Shown piece after piece: positions 26,370-36,088 of a stretch of 56,357 nucleotides of DNA; position 1 is the stretch's first letter, and each line of letters starts with the position of its first letter. Made by a program: the position numbers and the translations under genes. The stretch comes from Candidatus Nomurabacteria bacterium GW2011_GWA2_40_9 (GTDB taxonomy: Bacteria; Patescibacteriota; Minisyncoccia; Phycocordibacterales; UBA9973). The notes under the pieces were generated by a model. That model did no database searches and was not told the DNA's origin. It saw nothing but the letters and a program-made list of their open reading frames with translations. The stretch lies in the NCBI GenBank assembly GCA_000993955.1, contig LBZW01000006.1, positions 1 through 56,357 of the forward strand, read 5' to 3'.

Positions 26370-28113
26370 TCACAACCTCATGATCACAGACAGTAACTTG
26401 TCTTTTTTCCAAAGTCACTATACAGTCTACACACTTTATCGTTTCTAAACGATGCGCTATTAATAGAACTGTTTTAGAACGAACATAATCAAGAAAAGGA
26501 GACATGATGGCTTGTTCTGTTTCTATATCTAGAGCACTCGTAGGCTCATCTAAAAGATAGATATCTGGATTGCGAAGAAGCGCTCTTGCTAAAGCTAATC
26601 GTTGACGCTGCCCGCCAGAAAGCTTTATCCCTCTATCCCCCACAATGGTATTCCATTTTTCTGGTAAATTCTTTATAAATTCCAAAATTCCAGAAATTCT
26701 TGTAGCGTCTTCCAAATCTTTCAGAGAAGCCCCAGGTAATCCCATCTTTAAATTAGCGCCAATCGTATCGTGAAATAAAAATACATCTTGTCCAACATAG
26801 GCAACGTGAGAACGCCACGCTTCAAGATCTATATCAGCCAGTGAAACTCCATTAACTAAAATTTCCCCTTTTTCAGGCTTAATGAACCCTAAAATTAGAT
26901 CAAGAATTGTGGATTTCCCATTTCCCGAAGCACCCACCAACGCCGTAACCTTTCCTTCTTTTATTTCAAGTGAAAGATTATCTAAAACAGGCTGACCAGG
27001 TTCATAGGAAAAACACACAGATTCTAGTGAAATACGAATAGGTTTCTGGAGTTTTAGATAAACATTTTTTGGAATATGCAGTTTAACTTCATACTCTTTA
27101 ATTAACTCATGTAAAAATTCTACATATGGAAAATTTCGTTGAAGTTGCACATAAGCATTCCCTAGTTGTACGATAGAAGGCATTAACCGAATAAGCCCAA
27201 AAAAATAGATACAAAGCATGGGGATAGCACCTATAAAATTTTGATTTGTGAAACTTAAAAATAGTGACACAAAAGATAAAAGTCCAAGAATGATGAATAA
27301 CTCAAGTAATTTTGGTGGTAAAACAATCCAAAAATCATCTTTTTTCATAAGATTTGCAAAACGATGCACTTCAAAACTAAATCGCTTAAACCACATGTCT
27401 TCATACCCATAAGACCGAATATATCGCATTCCAGACAGAGCCTCTGATGCCACAGTACTTTGAAGACGCGAAGAATCTACCCGTTCTTTACTGACACGAT
27501 ATGATATTTTTTTTTCAAATCTTTGGATAAAAAGGAAATAGATAAAGCCTAAAACAGCTCCTACCAAAAAAAGAGATTTAGAAGTTAATAATAAAACTCC
27601 ACAAATGACTATAAACACAATGGTTGTTAAAAATATTTTACTAACATAAAGCAATATTTCTGAACATTTTGACGGAAGACTGGTCAAGTGAAACATCATA
27701 TCTCCTTGCTTTTTTTTCAAAAAATGATGCCATGGAAGAGACAAATAAAGATGCATCATCTTCTCTTGAAGGTTCACCAAGGCTTGGCTTCGCAACGTAC
27801 AACTATTTTTCTCAAAGACAATATTCGTATAAAAACGCATGATAGCCAAAAAACCAATTACACAGGCATATAAAAGAGCAAGGGTTAGAAAAGAAAAAGA
27901 ACTTAATCCTAAACTATCTAAAACCTGTTTTAAAAAATGACTCTGTGAAAAATTTTGATTGATCACAAAACGTGTAAAATCAAATAACCCAATTAAAATA
28001 CTGCTATCTAGCAAAGCACTGAAAGCTCCTATGAAAACAAGGAATTTAAGTTGTTTCTTATAAGCAAAAAGAAATGACTTAAGGATTTTTAGTTTTTCAG
28101 AGAACAATTTCAT
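26353..28113 (-). CDS. ABC exporter, fused permease/ATPase (MsbA/type I exporter-like)
   Basis: Six-TM N-terminal half. Walker A GASGNGKST, signature LSGGQRQR, Walker B IYLLDEPTSALD. Confidence 0.85.
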   Translation of the reverse strand: MKLFSEKLKILKSFLFAYKKQLKFLVFIGAFSALLDSSILIGLFDFTRFVINQNFSQSHFLKQVLDSLGLSSFSFLTLALLYACVIGFLAIMRFYTNIVFEKNSCTLRSQALVNLQEKMMHLYLSLPWHHFLKKKQGDMMFHLTSLPSKCSEILLYVSKIFLTTIVFIVICGVLLLTSKSLFLVGAVLGFIYFLFIQRFEKKISYRVSKERVDSSRLQSTVASEALSGMRYIRSYGYEDMWFKRFSFEVHRFANLMKKDDFWIVLPPKLLELFIILGLLSFVSLFLSFTNQNFIGAIPMLCIYFFGLIRLMPSIVQLGNAYVQLQRNFPYVEFLHELIKEYEVKLHIPKNVYLKLQKPIRISLESVCFSYEPGQPVLDNLSLEIKEGKVTALVGASGNGKSTILDLILGFIKPEKGEILVNGVSLADIDLEAWRSHVAYVGQDVFLFHDTIGANLKMGLPGASLKDLEDATRISGILEFIKNLPEKWNTIVGDRGIKLSGGQRQRLALARALLRNPDIYLLDEPTSALDIETEQAIMSPFLDYVRSKTVLLIAHRLETIKCVDCIVTLEKRQVTVCDHEVVNAISK

Positions 28114-29036
28114 ATTCCGAACCCAAAGACTGTAAAATTAAATACTCCTTTTCTGGTATAGGAATACCTTCTCTCTCTCTTTTTAAAAACAGAAATCTCT
28201 TGAAAACAATCAATTCGAAGTGCCATAACAAAATGGCCCAAAAAGCGTTTTTGGTTCAAAGGAGCCTCAAACATTTTTGGAATATAAGGCCCATAGGGCA
28301 TACCCGTCAATAAACTACATAAAATTTCAACCATCATACTTAAGCCATATCCTTTATATCCCCCTATAGGGGAAAGCATTGTCACTTCTTTGGAATTTGT
28401 CGTTTCAATCCCATCTTTGTCAAATCCAACTCCTTGAGGCAATTGCTTTCCTTCTTGTTCAAACTGTTTTACTTTATTAAATGTCATCTGGCTTGTAGCC
28501 ATATCTAAACAAAAAGGTTCTTCGCCATCACAGGGTACAGCCATACAAATAGGATTATTCCCTAAAAATGGCCTCTTACCCCCATAGGTTTTTATGAGTG
28601 CATCTGTATTCGTAAAACTCATACCAATCATGTCATGCTTTGCAATTTCTAAGGAATAGTAAGCAGCTGCCCCAAAATGAGTAGAATTATAAATGGCCAC
28701 ATGACCACTGCCTGCTTCTTTGGCTAAAAGAATAGCTTTTTTAGCAGCTTCCATTCCAGCTGCATGACCAAACGTGTGATCCACATCAAACATGCCCGTC
28801 GATGGACTGGTTTGGTGAAAGGCATACTGTGGATTGGAATTAATTCTACCCCCTTTAAGAGCTTTCAAATAATGAGGTAAAAGGCGCACACCATGAGAAT
28901 CCACCCCTCTTAAAGAAGTTTGAATTAAGCCCTCTGTAACAAAATGTGCCACATCTTCTCGAACTCCAGCTTTCAATAAGATATTTTTTATAAATATTGA
29001 AAGTTGTAAACTTGGTAAATAAATTGCCTTATTCAT
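28110..29036 (-). CDS. Ldh_2 (malate/L-lactate/sulfolactate dehydrogenase) family oxidoreductase
   Basis: LRGVDSHGVRLLPHY and HFGAAAYY motifs. ATGA overlap with the ABC gene. The C-terminal ~25 residues look atypical (see rejected note on the (CT)5 repeat). Confidence 0.65.
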   Translation of the reverse strand: MNKAIYLPSLQLSIFIKNILLKAGVREDVAHFVTEGLIQTSLRGVDSHGVRLLPHYLKALKGGRINSNPQYAFHQTSPSTGMFDVDHTFGHAAGMEAAKKAILLAKEAGSGHVAIYNSTHFGAAAYYSLEIAKHDMIGMSFTNTDALIKTYGGKRPFLGNNPICMAVPCDGEEPFCLDMATSQMTFNKVKQFEQEGKQLPQGVGFDKDGIETTNSKEVTMLSPIGGYKGYGLSMMVEILCSLLTGMPYGPYIPKMFEAPLNQKRFLGHFVMALRIDCFQEISVFKKRERRYSYTRKGVFNFTVFGFGI

Positions 29037-29060
29037 ATTTACAATATATTTTGTCTAAAA

Positions 29061-31320
29061 TTGGATAAAATTAAGATGTTTAAAAAAGAGCTTATAGCTA
29101 TTTTCTTTATCATTATTATTGTTCTTATTGGTTATCATGAAATATTTTTAGGGGCAAATTTTTTTACAAATGCAGATCCCCTCGGATCTTCTCATTTGAC
29201 ATATCGTACACCCATCAATGGATGGAGACCAGATATTCGATTTGGCGGTTCTTTGTTCTTGGGAGACCCTGGGGAATCACATCCATGGTCCTTAACTTCT
29301 TTATTTGAAAAAATTCCTCTCTCTCAGAAAGATTCCTACAGTTTTTTAGTCATCCTATTGGGTATTTGTACTGCACTCTCATTATATTTCTTCTTGAGAC
29401 AAGTTGTTCCAGAATTAGGAAGATATGTGGCTATTCTTGCCCCTCTCAGTGTTTTTTGCCAAGAACAATTTAATAGTCAGCATGCACGCTTACGCTGTAC
29501 TCTTTCTGTCGGCGTCCCTTTGTTTTTAATGCTTCTGTATTCTTTCTATAAGAAACCGAGATTATTACATTACTTTTTTGCAAGTCTTCTCTTTTGGTTT
29601 GTTGCTTTCATGGGTACTCTATGGGGCCTTACTCAAATGCTAACAATAGGTGTCTTATTCTCAATACTATACACCCTTTACTTTAAAGAGGATCTCCGTC
29701 TAATGGTCATTAAGTTTTTCTCAATTTACATACTAGGTAATTTGACCATGATTTGTTTAGGGATGTGGGTGTTTTATTCATTTTTCTGGGAATATATCCA
29801 TAACCTGGACCTTCCAGGAATCCCCTGGCGTCCTTTGGGACATTTTTTTAATGCATTAATGATAATGCCACTTATTACAGTATTTTTTATTTTCCATCGA
29901 TCTAAAAATTTTTGGGAATACGCATTAAAATGGCTCGTGATCCTTATTGTTGCACAATATGGGCTTGTAAAACTATTCCCATTTTATGGAGATATTCTTG
30001 CTTTTATATCTCATAAAAGCTCAACAATTATTAATTTGAGTATATATGAAGGAGGTTATTTTCCTTTGCAAATTGGATTAATAGCTATTTTTCTTTCAAA
30101 AGCGAGTAAAAAGAACTCCACCATTAAAAAATTATGGGCTAGCAGAATCCAAACTGGGATAGCCTATTTATTAATAACATCTTATTTTTGTCTTCTTTTA
30201 TTCGCACTTATTTCTATCTTGTTACCAGAACTTATCCCTACGGTTATCTCTTATGTAGTCCAAACCTTTGGTCCACAACATCTGGGCAATTATTCAAACG
30301 AATTTTTAATATATGTTGTATCTTTTATCATAAGACGCTTACAACACGCCATGAGCTGGCATGCCATTTTATTTTATGTATCAAGCATTCTCTTGGTAGC
30401 ATTATTCATCAAAAATAAATGGTTTTTTAATAATCCCCATAAACAAAAAGTATTAATTCCTTCTCTTTTGCTTTTAAATGGAATTATGTTTTCATGGACA
30501 GTCTATCCATTAAATTATGAAAAGTTCCAGAAAAGAAACAATCGAAAAATTTAAAGAAAACTGGGTAAACCTAGAGGGTCAAGGAGACAGAGAATATCTA
30601 ATTGGCGAATTCATCCCCCCCAGCCTGAATCTTTCCACAGCATTTCATTTTATGCCTACTGATGTTGGAAACTTTATTTTTAAAATTTTTAATGTCGATA
30701 AAACAACAAAAATAAGACAGCCAAGAGAGCTCAGTCAAGGCCCCTTTGTATCCTCTGAATTATTAGATATGGGGGCCGTTAATCATTACTACTCACGCGT
30801 TCCAATTCCAGATCTACCTAAAAATTTATCCCTTATCTACAAAGGAAAACAACTTTACATATATAAAAACCTTTCTGCATGGCCATACTTCTACTTAGCA
30901 AAAAATTTAAAAGTCAAAACAAATTCAGAATATCCGCATGTTCAACGAAATACTGCATACATAGAAAAAAAAGAGGATTTCTTTAGCTTGTCTAAAGAAG
31001 CTGGAAAAGCCCGTCTAAAAATGAAAGAATTTTTATACGGGCGAATGGTATTTGATTTTGAGAGCAAACAAAAAGAATTTTTGGTCATCGCTGATGCTTG
31101 GCACCCTCTTTGGAAGACAAAAGCAAATGGGGATTATCTCCCAATAATAAAAACAAATGAGATTTTTAAAGGAGTCATATTACCCGCAGGAAAATATGAC
31201 ATAACTGTTTTTTTTGATTATTCCCCTTATCTTGTGGGAATTTACTTAAGTGTTATTTTTTGGATATTATTCTCTGTAGGAATGTTTTTGGCTTGGAAAT
31301 ATCGATCTGAAGATTTCTGA
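29061..31320 (+). pseudogene. YfhO-like GT-C membrane glycosyltransferase split into two overlapping ORFs (29061..30554 and 30517..31320)
   Basis: The first ORF is a polytopic membrane domain. The second ends with the characteristic YfhO C-terminus (ADAWHPLWKTKANGDYLPIIKTNEIFKGVILPAGKYDITVFFDYSPYLVGIYLSVIFW plus a final TM). Together they are ~764 aa, the usual size of one YfhO protein. The frames switch within 30517-30554. Confidence 0.5.
30615..30621 (+). repeat. C7 homopolymer inside the YfhO-like C-terminal ORF
   Basis: Counted directly (ttc atc ccc ccc agc). Confidence 0.9.
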
Positions 31321-31370
31321 CCTATCTCCGTACTTAAAAATCGCCCTAAATAAAGTCTTCACATAAATCT

Positions 31371-32297
31371 TTATGACAAGGGCTTATAGCTTGTAGAAAG
31401 CTGTAAAATACGTTCAGAAATATCAAATTTAGAATTATAAATCATAATATCACTTTTATCATTCACTCTTTGATCACAATTTTCACAAATTAATTTTGAC
31501 CCCTTAAAATCTCCAATTTGATGACATCCTAGAATTTTTTGAAAAGGCTTAGCATTAAAAATTTCTTTTAAAGATTGCTTATTCAAATCTCCTAAAAGGA
31601 GCTGCCCATTAAAATCAAAACAACACATATTAATGGTGCCATCCACCTGAATTTGAATAGGGCCCTTTTCAGGACGACCACAACTTTTACTTTTTTCTAC
31701 CTCTGTTTTTCTATAAATCCTGCCATCTACCCAATTATGAGGCTTCCAAACTTCTATAAGATCTACCTTGTCTTTCCAATAGCAAACCCAACTTTCAATA
31801 TCTTTTTTATTATGCTCTGTTACTACATACGTAAGAATAATTTTCGTATTTCTTTTCAGACTTCCAATATCTGTAATTAAATCTTTAACCTTCTCAAAAA
31901 AATTTATGCTGCTAGGCGCATGTGTTTTCGCATATCCATCCACTGAATTACCATGAAGACTAACACGAATTGACTCAACTCCAATTTCATTCATTTCTTT
32001 AAATTTTTCCATTGTTAATACAGAAGCCGTGGTTAATAAAAGTACACGGTAATTGAGTTTTCGTGCATAAGCCATTTTTTCAAGTAAGGTAGAATCCAAA
32101 AGCGGTTCACCAAAACCAACAAAGGATACAATTTCAAATTGAGAAGTTTCAGACGTAATTCTATCTAAGTAAAATTTAAAACTATCAAAAGACATCGTTT
32201 CTTTTTTACGCACAAGCTCATCACGCGGACACATCACACAGTGATAATTACATCTCGTGGTTACTTCGAAACGCAGTTCATTATTTTGAGGTATCAT
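31371..32297 (-). CDS. Radical SAM enzyme with C-terminal SPASM-like Cys-rich domain
   Basis: CNYHCVMCP (CX3CX2C) near the N-terminus. C-terminal cysteines CGRP...MCCFD...CHQ...CENCDQ. Confidence 0.8.
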   Translation of the reverse strand: MIPQNNELRFEVTTRCNYHCVMCPRDELVRKKETMSFDSFKFYLDRITSETSQFEIVSFVGFGEPLLDSTLLEKMAYARKLNYRVLLLTTASVLTMEKFKEMNEIGVESIRVSLHGNSVDGYAKTHAPSSINFFEKVKDLITDIGSLKRNTKIILTYVVTEHNKKDIESWVCYWKDKVDLIEVWKPHNWVDGRIYRKTEVEKSKSCGRPEKGPIQIQVDGTINMCCFDFNGQLLLGDLNKQSLKEIFNAKPFQKILGCHQIGDFKGSKLICENCDQRVNDKSDIMIYNSKFDISERILQLSTSYKPLS

Positions 32298-32398
32298 TAA
32301 GTTTCAAATTAATAGACTTCTCTTTAATTTGTCAAAGCTTTTAAAAGCACAACTCACATCTTGAGAAAATCCAATAGCAGTGCTACCTATTGTTTCAG

Positions 32399-34207
32399 AT
32401 GAAAATAATATTTTTAAATGATCTACGCAAAATCCCTACTATTCAAAAACAACTCTTTCTTAAAAAATCTATTTTTATAAATCTCGAAAATTTTTACATG
32501 AACGAAGAATTAGATGCCAACATTAAACAACTTAGAATTAACGACCTGCTCTCAAAAGATGAAATGAGTCAATTTAAAAACTTTTTTTTACAAACATTAT
32601 TAAATTTATCACAACAAATTAATGCACCTTGGTGGGCAGCCTATAATTTTACCAGCAAAAATCCTCTAAGCTCCCCTTTATATCAAAATATGCTCTATCT
32701 CATGTGCATTAATAAGATTATGGCCTCTAACACTGCCGAAGCCATTTTTATTTACTGTTCAGATAACAATTTCATTAATATCCTTAAAAAGACATTTCAT
32801 AAAAAAGCACTTATTATTAATAAAACTAAACGTTCTTTTTCATTATACAATCGTTTTAAGTGTGCACCTATTTTAACTAATGTTATATTTTTGATTAGAA
32901 TTTTAAGACGTATGTTCTTATCTAAAAAGAACCTATCATTCCCTCAAAACACTAAATCAGCCACAATTATTAAATCTTTGATTTTACCAAGCTCTTTTCA
33001 AAAAAATGAAGAATACAGAGATTTATATTTTCATAACCTACTAGAAAACACTCCCAACTTAAGCCAGGTACTTATATTGGTAAACGTTTTAAACCATTTC
33101 AAGTCTTACCTATCAAAAATAAAACATTCCAATCACTCTGGTCATCAAATTTATCCACTAGAATATTTTCTAACTGTAAAGGACATCGTTAATCTTTTTT
33201 TAAACCAAATTTATGAATATTTTCATGTCTTTATAAAATACCAAAATTCCATACCAAATATTTCTTTTGAAAATTTTAATTTAAAAACCACACTCATACA
33301 TACGCTATATAAAGAGCTAAACTCGAATCAGTGGTTAAAAAACTTAACCTTCTTCTATGCAACAAAAAATCTATCTCAAGAAATAAAAATTAAAAAATTT
33401 ATCTATCCATTTGAAAATAGATCCTCAGAAAGACTATGCATTAAAGCCTTAAAACACTACTCACCCAATACCTCTATAGAGGGCTATCAACATGCCTCTA
33501 TCCATCAAGAACATTTAAATTTTATTATGTTACAAGATGAGCACAAAATCACTCCACTTCCTCATAAGATTTGGACAACAGGCACTTGGCCAAAAGAGTA
33601 TTTTATTCAAAAAGGAAATTTTCCAAAAAACCTACTTGGCATTGGAGGGGCTCTACGTCAAAATTTTACAGAACAAACTCAAGCTAAAAAAATAAAAAAA
33701 TATAAAATATTTACCATTGGTATCGTTTTAGCTTCTGGCGAATTTGAATATATTGGATTAATATCTTTCCTAAATCAAATTTCTGCATTGAAACAATATC
33801 GCATCATTATACGGCCCCATCCTGAAATATCTTTTGATGTCATACGACCACATTTTAAACATTTAAATTTTAACTTTACCATTGATGGAGAAATCCCAAT
33901 TGAAGAATTTTTAAATAAAATAGATTTAATTGTTTATGCCTCAACTACCGTAAGCTTTGAGGCTATTTTTAAAGGAATCCCCGCTCTTTGCATCCATTAT
34001 GAAAACTGCCTGAACCTAGATCCTCTTTTTAAAAATAATGATTTGAAGTGGGATATTTTCAAACCCTCAGACTTTATAAAATCCATAGATGAAATAGAAA
34101 ATTTAAATGAAGAAATAATTACAAAACGTACTCAGCAGGTCAGAACATTCATTTCGAATTATTTTTCTCCTATGCCCATGGAACTAAAACAAAATTTTTT
34201 ATTATAA
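32399..34207 (+). CDS. Orphan ~600-aa protein with a GT-B/capsule-synthesis-like C-terminal domain
   Basis: ATG at 32399 is preferred over the TTG at 32390. The C-terminal pattern IIIRPHPE...IDLIVYASTTVSFEAIFKGIPAL is typical of a GT-B C-domain. Confidence 0.45.
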   Translation: MKIIFLNDLRKIPTIQKQLFLKKSIFINLENFYMNEELDANIKQLRINDLLSKDEMSQFKNFFLQTLLNLSQQINAPWWAAYNFTSKNPLSSPLYQNMLYLMCINKIMASNTAEAIFIYCSDNNFINILKKTFHKKALIINKTKRSFSLYNRFKCAPILTNVIFLIRILRRMFLSKKNLSFPQNTKSATIIKSLILPSSFQKNEEYRDLYFHNLLENTPNLSQVLILVNVLNHFKSYLSKIKHSNHSGHQIYPLEYFLTVKDIVNLFLNQIYEYFHVFIKYQNSIPNISFENFNLKTTLIHTLYKELNSNQWLKNLTFFYATKNLSQEIKIKKFIYPFENRSSERLCIKALKHYSPNTSIEGYQHASIHQEHLNFIMLQDEHKITPLPHKIWTTGTWPKEYFIQKGNFPKNLLGIGGALRQNFTEQTQAKKIKKYKIFTIGIVLASGEFEYIGLISFLNQISALKQYRIIIRPHPEISFDVIRPHFKHLNFNFTIDGEIPIEEFLNKIDLIVYASTTVSFEAIFKGIPALCIHYENCLNLDPLFKNNDLKWDIFKPSDFIKSIDEIENLNEEIITKRTQQVRTFISNYFSPMPMELKQNFLL

Positions 34208-34247
34208 TTCAACTTTAGAGATAATTTAAAAGAAATGTATAAAAAAC

Positions 34248-36086
34248 TTACCATATTAAGTGTTCTCCCAAAGACATTCTAATAGGTTTTGGATATATAT
34301 AAGAATCAAATAAAAACGTTGTATCGTTTTTAGAATTTAATTCTAAAATTTTGTTAATACCATATCCTAAGATTTGTACTTCTTTAATAAAATAAACAGC
34401 AGATTCTTTAGTGCTTTCATTTGGCCTTATTTCTGTAGCAGGCACATGTTGATAACGCCCGCCACCTCCATAGAGTAAAACTGGAATTTTATTTTGCAAT
34501 GCCTCTTCAATACACGTGGAGGAAAAACTGATTAATAAATCAGTCATGGCTAATACATCTAAAAAAGTATCTTCTATATTTAAAACAACTTTTTTCGAAA
34601 AAGGAACAAGATATCGTAATGTTTTAACATTCAGTTCATATCCAGGCCTAAATTTTACAATTAAAATTGTATCAGACAGTTTTTCAACAGCATTGGCCAA
34701 ATCACAAATGGATTGAATATACTCATCAGCAGTTTCATATACATAGGGCCTAAGACAATTCGAATACTTATATGTACCTGCATGAAGAATAATTTTTACC
34801 TTTTTCACTTTTCTTTCTTCTTGTTGACGAACTTGGATAGGAAACCCCCAAATTAAAGGTCCTGTTTTAATAACTTCACTTCTAGATGGAAACACATCCA
34901 GATATCCTTCGGACAGAGGAGTTTGTAACGCAAAATGTGAGAATGGCGCTCTTAAAAAAGACATTCCATGCTCTCCCCATTCAATTCGTTCGCTTTCATT
35001 TTTTGGATAAACATGAGAACCATGACTAATCAACACCGATGGAACGTTATTTAAATTACATAATTCAGCTAATAAAATATCATCATCACGATTTCCATTA
35101 GAGATAATCAAAGAAGGATCTATGCGTTTTAATAATCTTTGAATTTCAATATCCCACAATGACAGATTTAAAAGATATTGAAAAAGATCAGATTTATTTT
35201 TTTGAATTAAAAAATCTAAAAACGAAATCCCTTTGTATAAAAATAAATTAGCCTTTGTTCTTAAAATAGAATTTATTTCTTCTAAATATATTTTTTGTTT
35301 AAAAATATCAGGAGCGTTAGATTTCCAAAACAACCTCATTAAAAAATAAGGCATTTCAAAAAGCAAGACCACGGGCCCCTTTAAAAGCTTAAATATACAA
35401 TTAGAATATTTTTTTTGAAAGCTTCCAACTAAGCTCTCTAAGTTATAAGCAGAGGTTGTATAAAAAATAATTTTTTTTTGACTTAAATACTGCTTAAACG
35501 AAAGCAAAAAAACATCAATTCTTAATTGACAACAACGACCAACAAATTTCAAAATTGACACAAGATAGCCAAGGTAATATTTAAAATAAAAACTTTCTTT
35601 TCTTAAAATAATTTTCTCAAATCTTAAATTGTAAATTCTTGCAGCTTTTTCAACAATACAGGACAGGTGTTTTTCAAAAGGCTGTCCATAAAGGCTTTTC
35701 ACATAAACCCATTCATATGAAAAAACACATACATCCTTCGGCTGGTATTTTTGAATAGCATTGACCACAATTTCAATAAGCCAAAGATAATAATGAATAC
35801 AAAATCGCTCATACAAAATATAGTTATTAAGATGGGGTAGTTGAATGCTCTCTCTCATCCAAGTTATTATTAAATCTGATTGTCTAAGGATTTGAGCATG
35901 AGAATCATTTGTAAAATAAGGAAGCGTATTTGAACACAACAAGTTCTTTTTTTTTAAATAAGCAAAAACGATTGGATTTAAGCCTATACAAAGATAATCA
36001 GAGTTATTAGATCCATATTTTTTGACATACTCATCGACTTCTGACTTGAGATTGAAAAAGATAAGCCTTGTTACTGTTTCTCCCAT
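34248..36086 (-). CDS. Orphan 612-aa protein with a GT-B/capsule-synthesis-like C-terminal domain
   Basis: C-terminal pattern KIILHAG...VKFRPGYE...TDLLISFSSTCIEEALQNKIPVLLYGG. Confidence 0.45.
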   Translation of the reverse strand: MGETVTRLIFFNLKSEVDEYVKKYGSNNSDYLCIGLNPIVFAYLKKKNLLCSNTLPYFTNDSHAQILRQSDLIITWMRESIQLPHLNNYILYERFCIHYYLWLIEIVVNAIQKYQPKDVCVFSYEWVYVKSLYGQPFEKHLSCIVEKAARIYNLRFEKIILRKESFYFKYYLGYLVSILKFVGRCCQLRIDVFLLSFKQYLSQKKIIFYTTSAYNLESLVGSFQKKYSNCIFKLLKGPVVLLFEMPYFLMRLFWKSNAPDIFKQKIYLEEINSILRTKANLFLYKGISFLDFLIQKNKSDLFQYLLNLSLWDIEIQRLLKRIDPSLIISNGNRDDDILLAELCNLNNVPSVLISHGSHVYPKNESERIEWGEHGMSFLRAPFSHFALQTPLSEGYLDVFPSRSEVIKTGPLIWGFPIQVRQQEERKVKKVKIILHAGTYKYSNCLRPYVYETADEYIQSICDLANAVEKLSDTILIVKFRPGYELNVKTLRYLVPFSKKVVLNIEDTFLDVLAMTDLLISFSSTCIEEALQNKIPVLLYGGGGRYQHVPATEIRPNESTKESAVYFIKEVQILGYGINKILELNSKNDTTFLFDSYIYPKPIRMSLGEHLIW

Positions 36087-36088
36087 AA

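Noticed and set aside
28170-28181. (CT)5 dinucleotide repeat near the 3' end of the Ldh_2 gene. Adding one unit would switch to a frame ending ...REGIPIPEKEYLILQSLGSEYEIVL*.
   Set aside because: The frame as assembled ends in a canonical ATGA overlap with the ABC transporter start, which argues that it is the native frame. The alternative C-terminus is only mildly more family-like. There is not enough evidence to call a frameshift or a switch.
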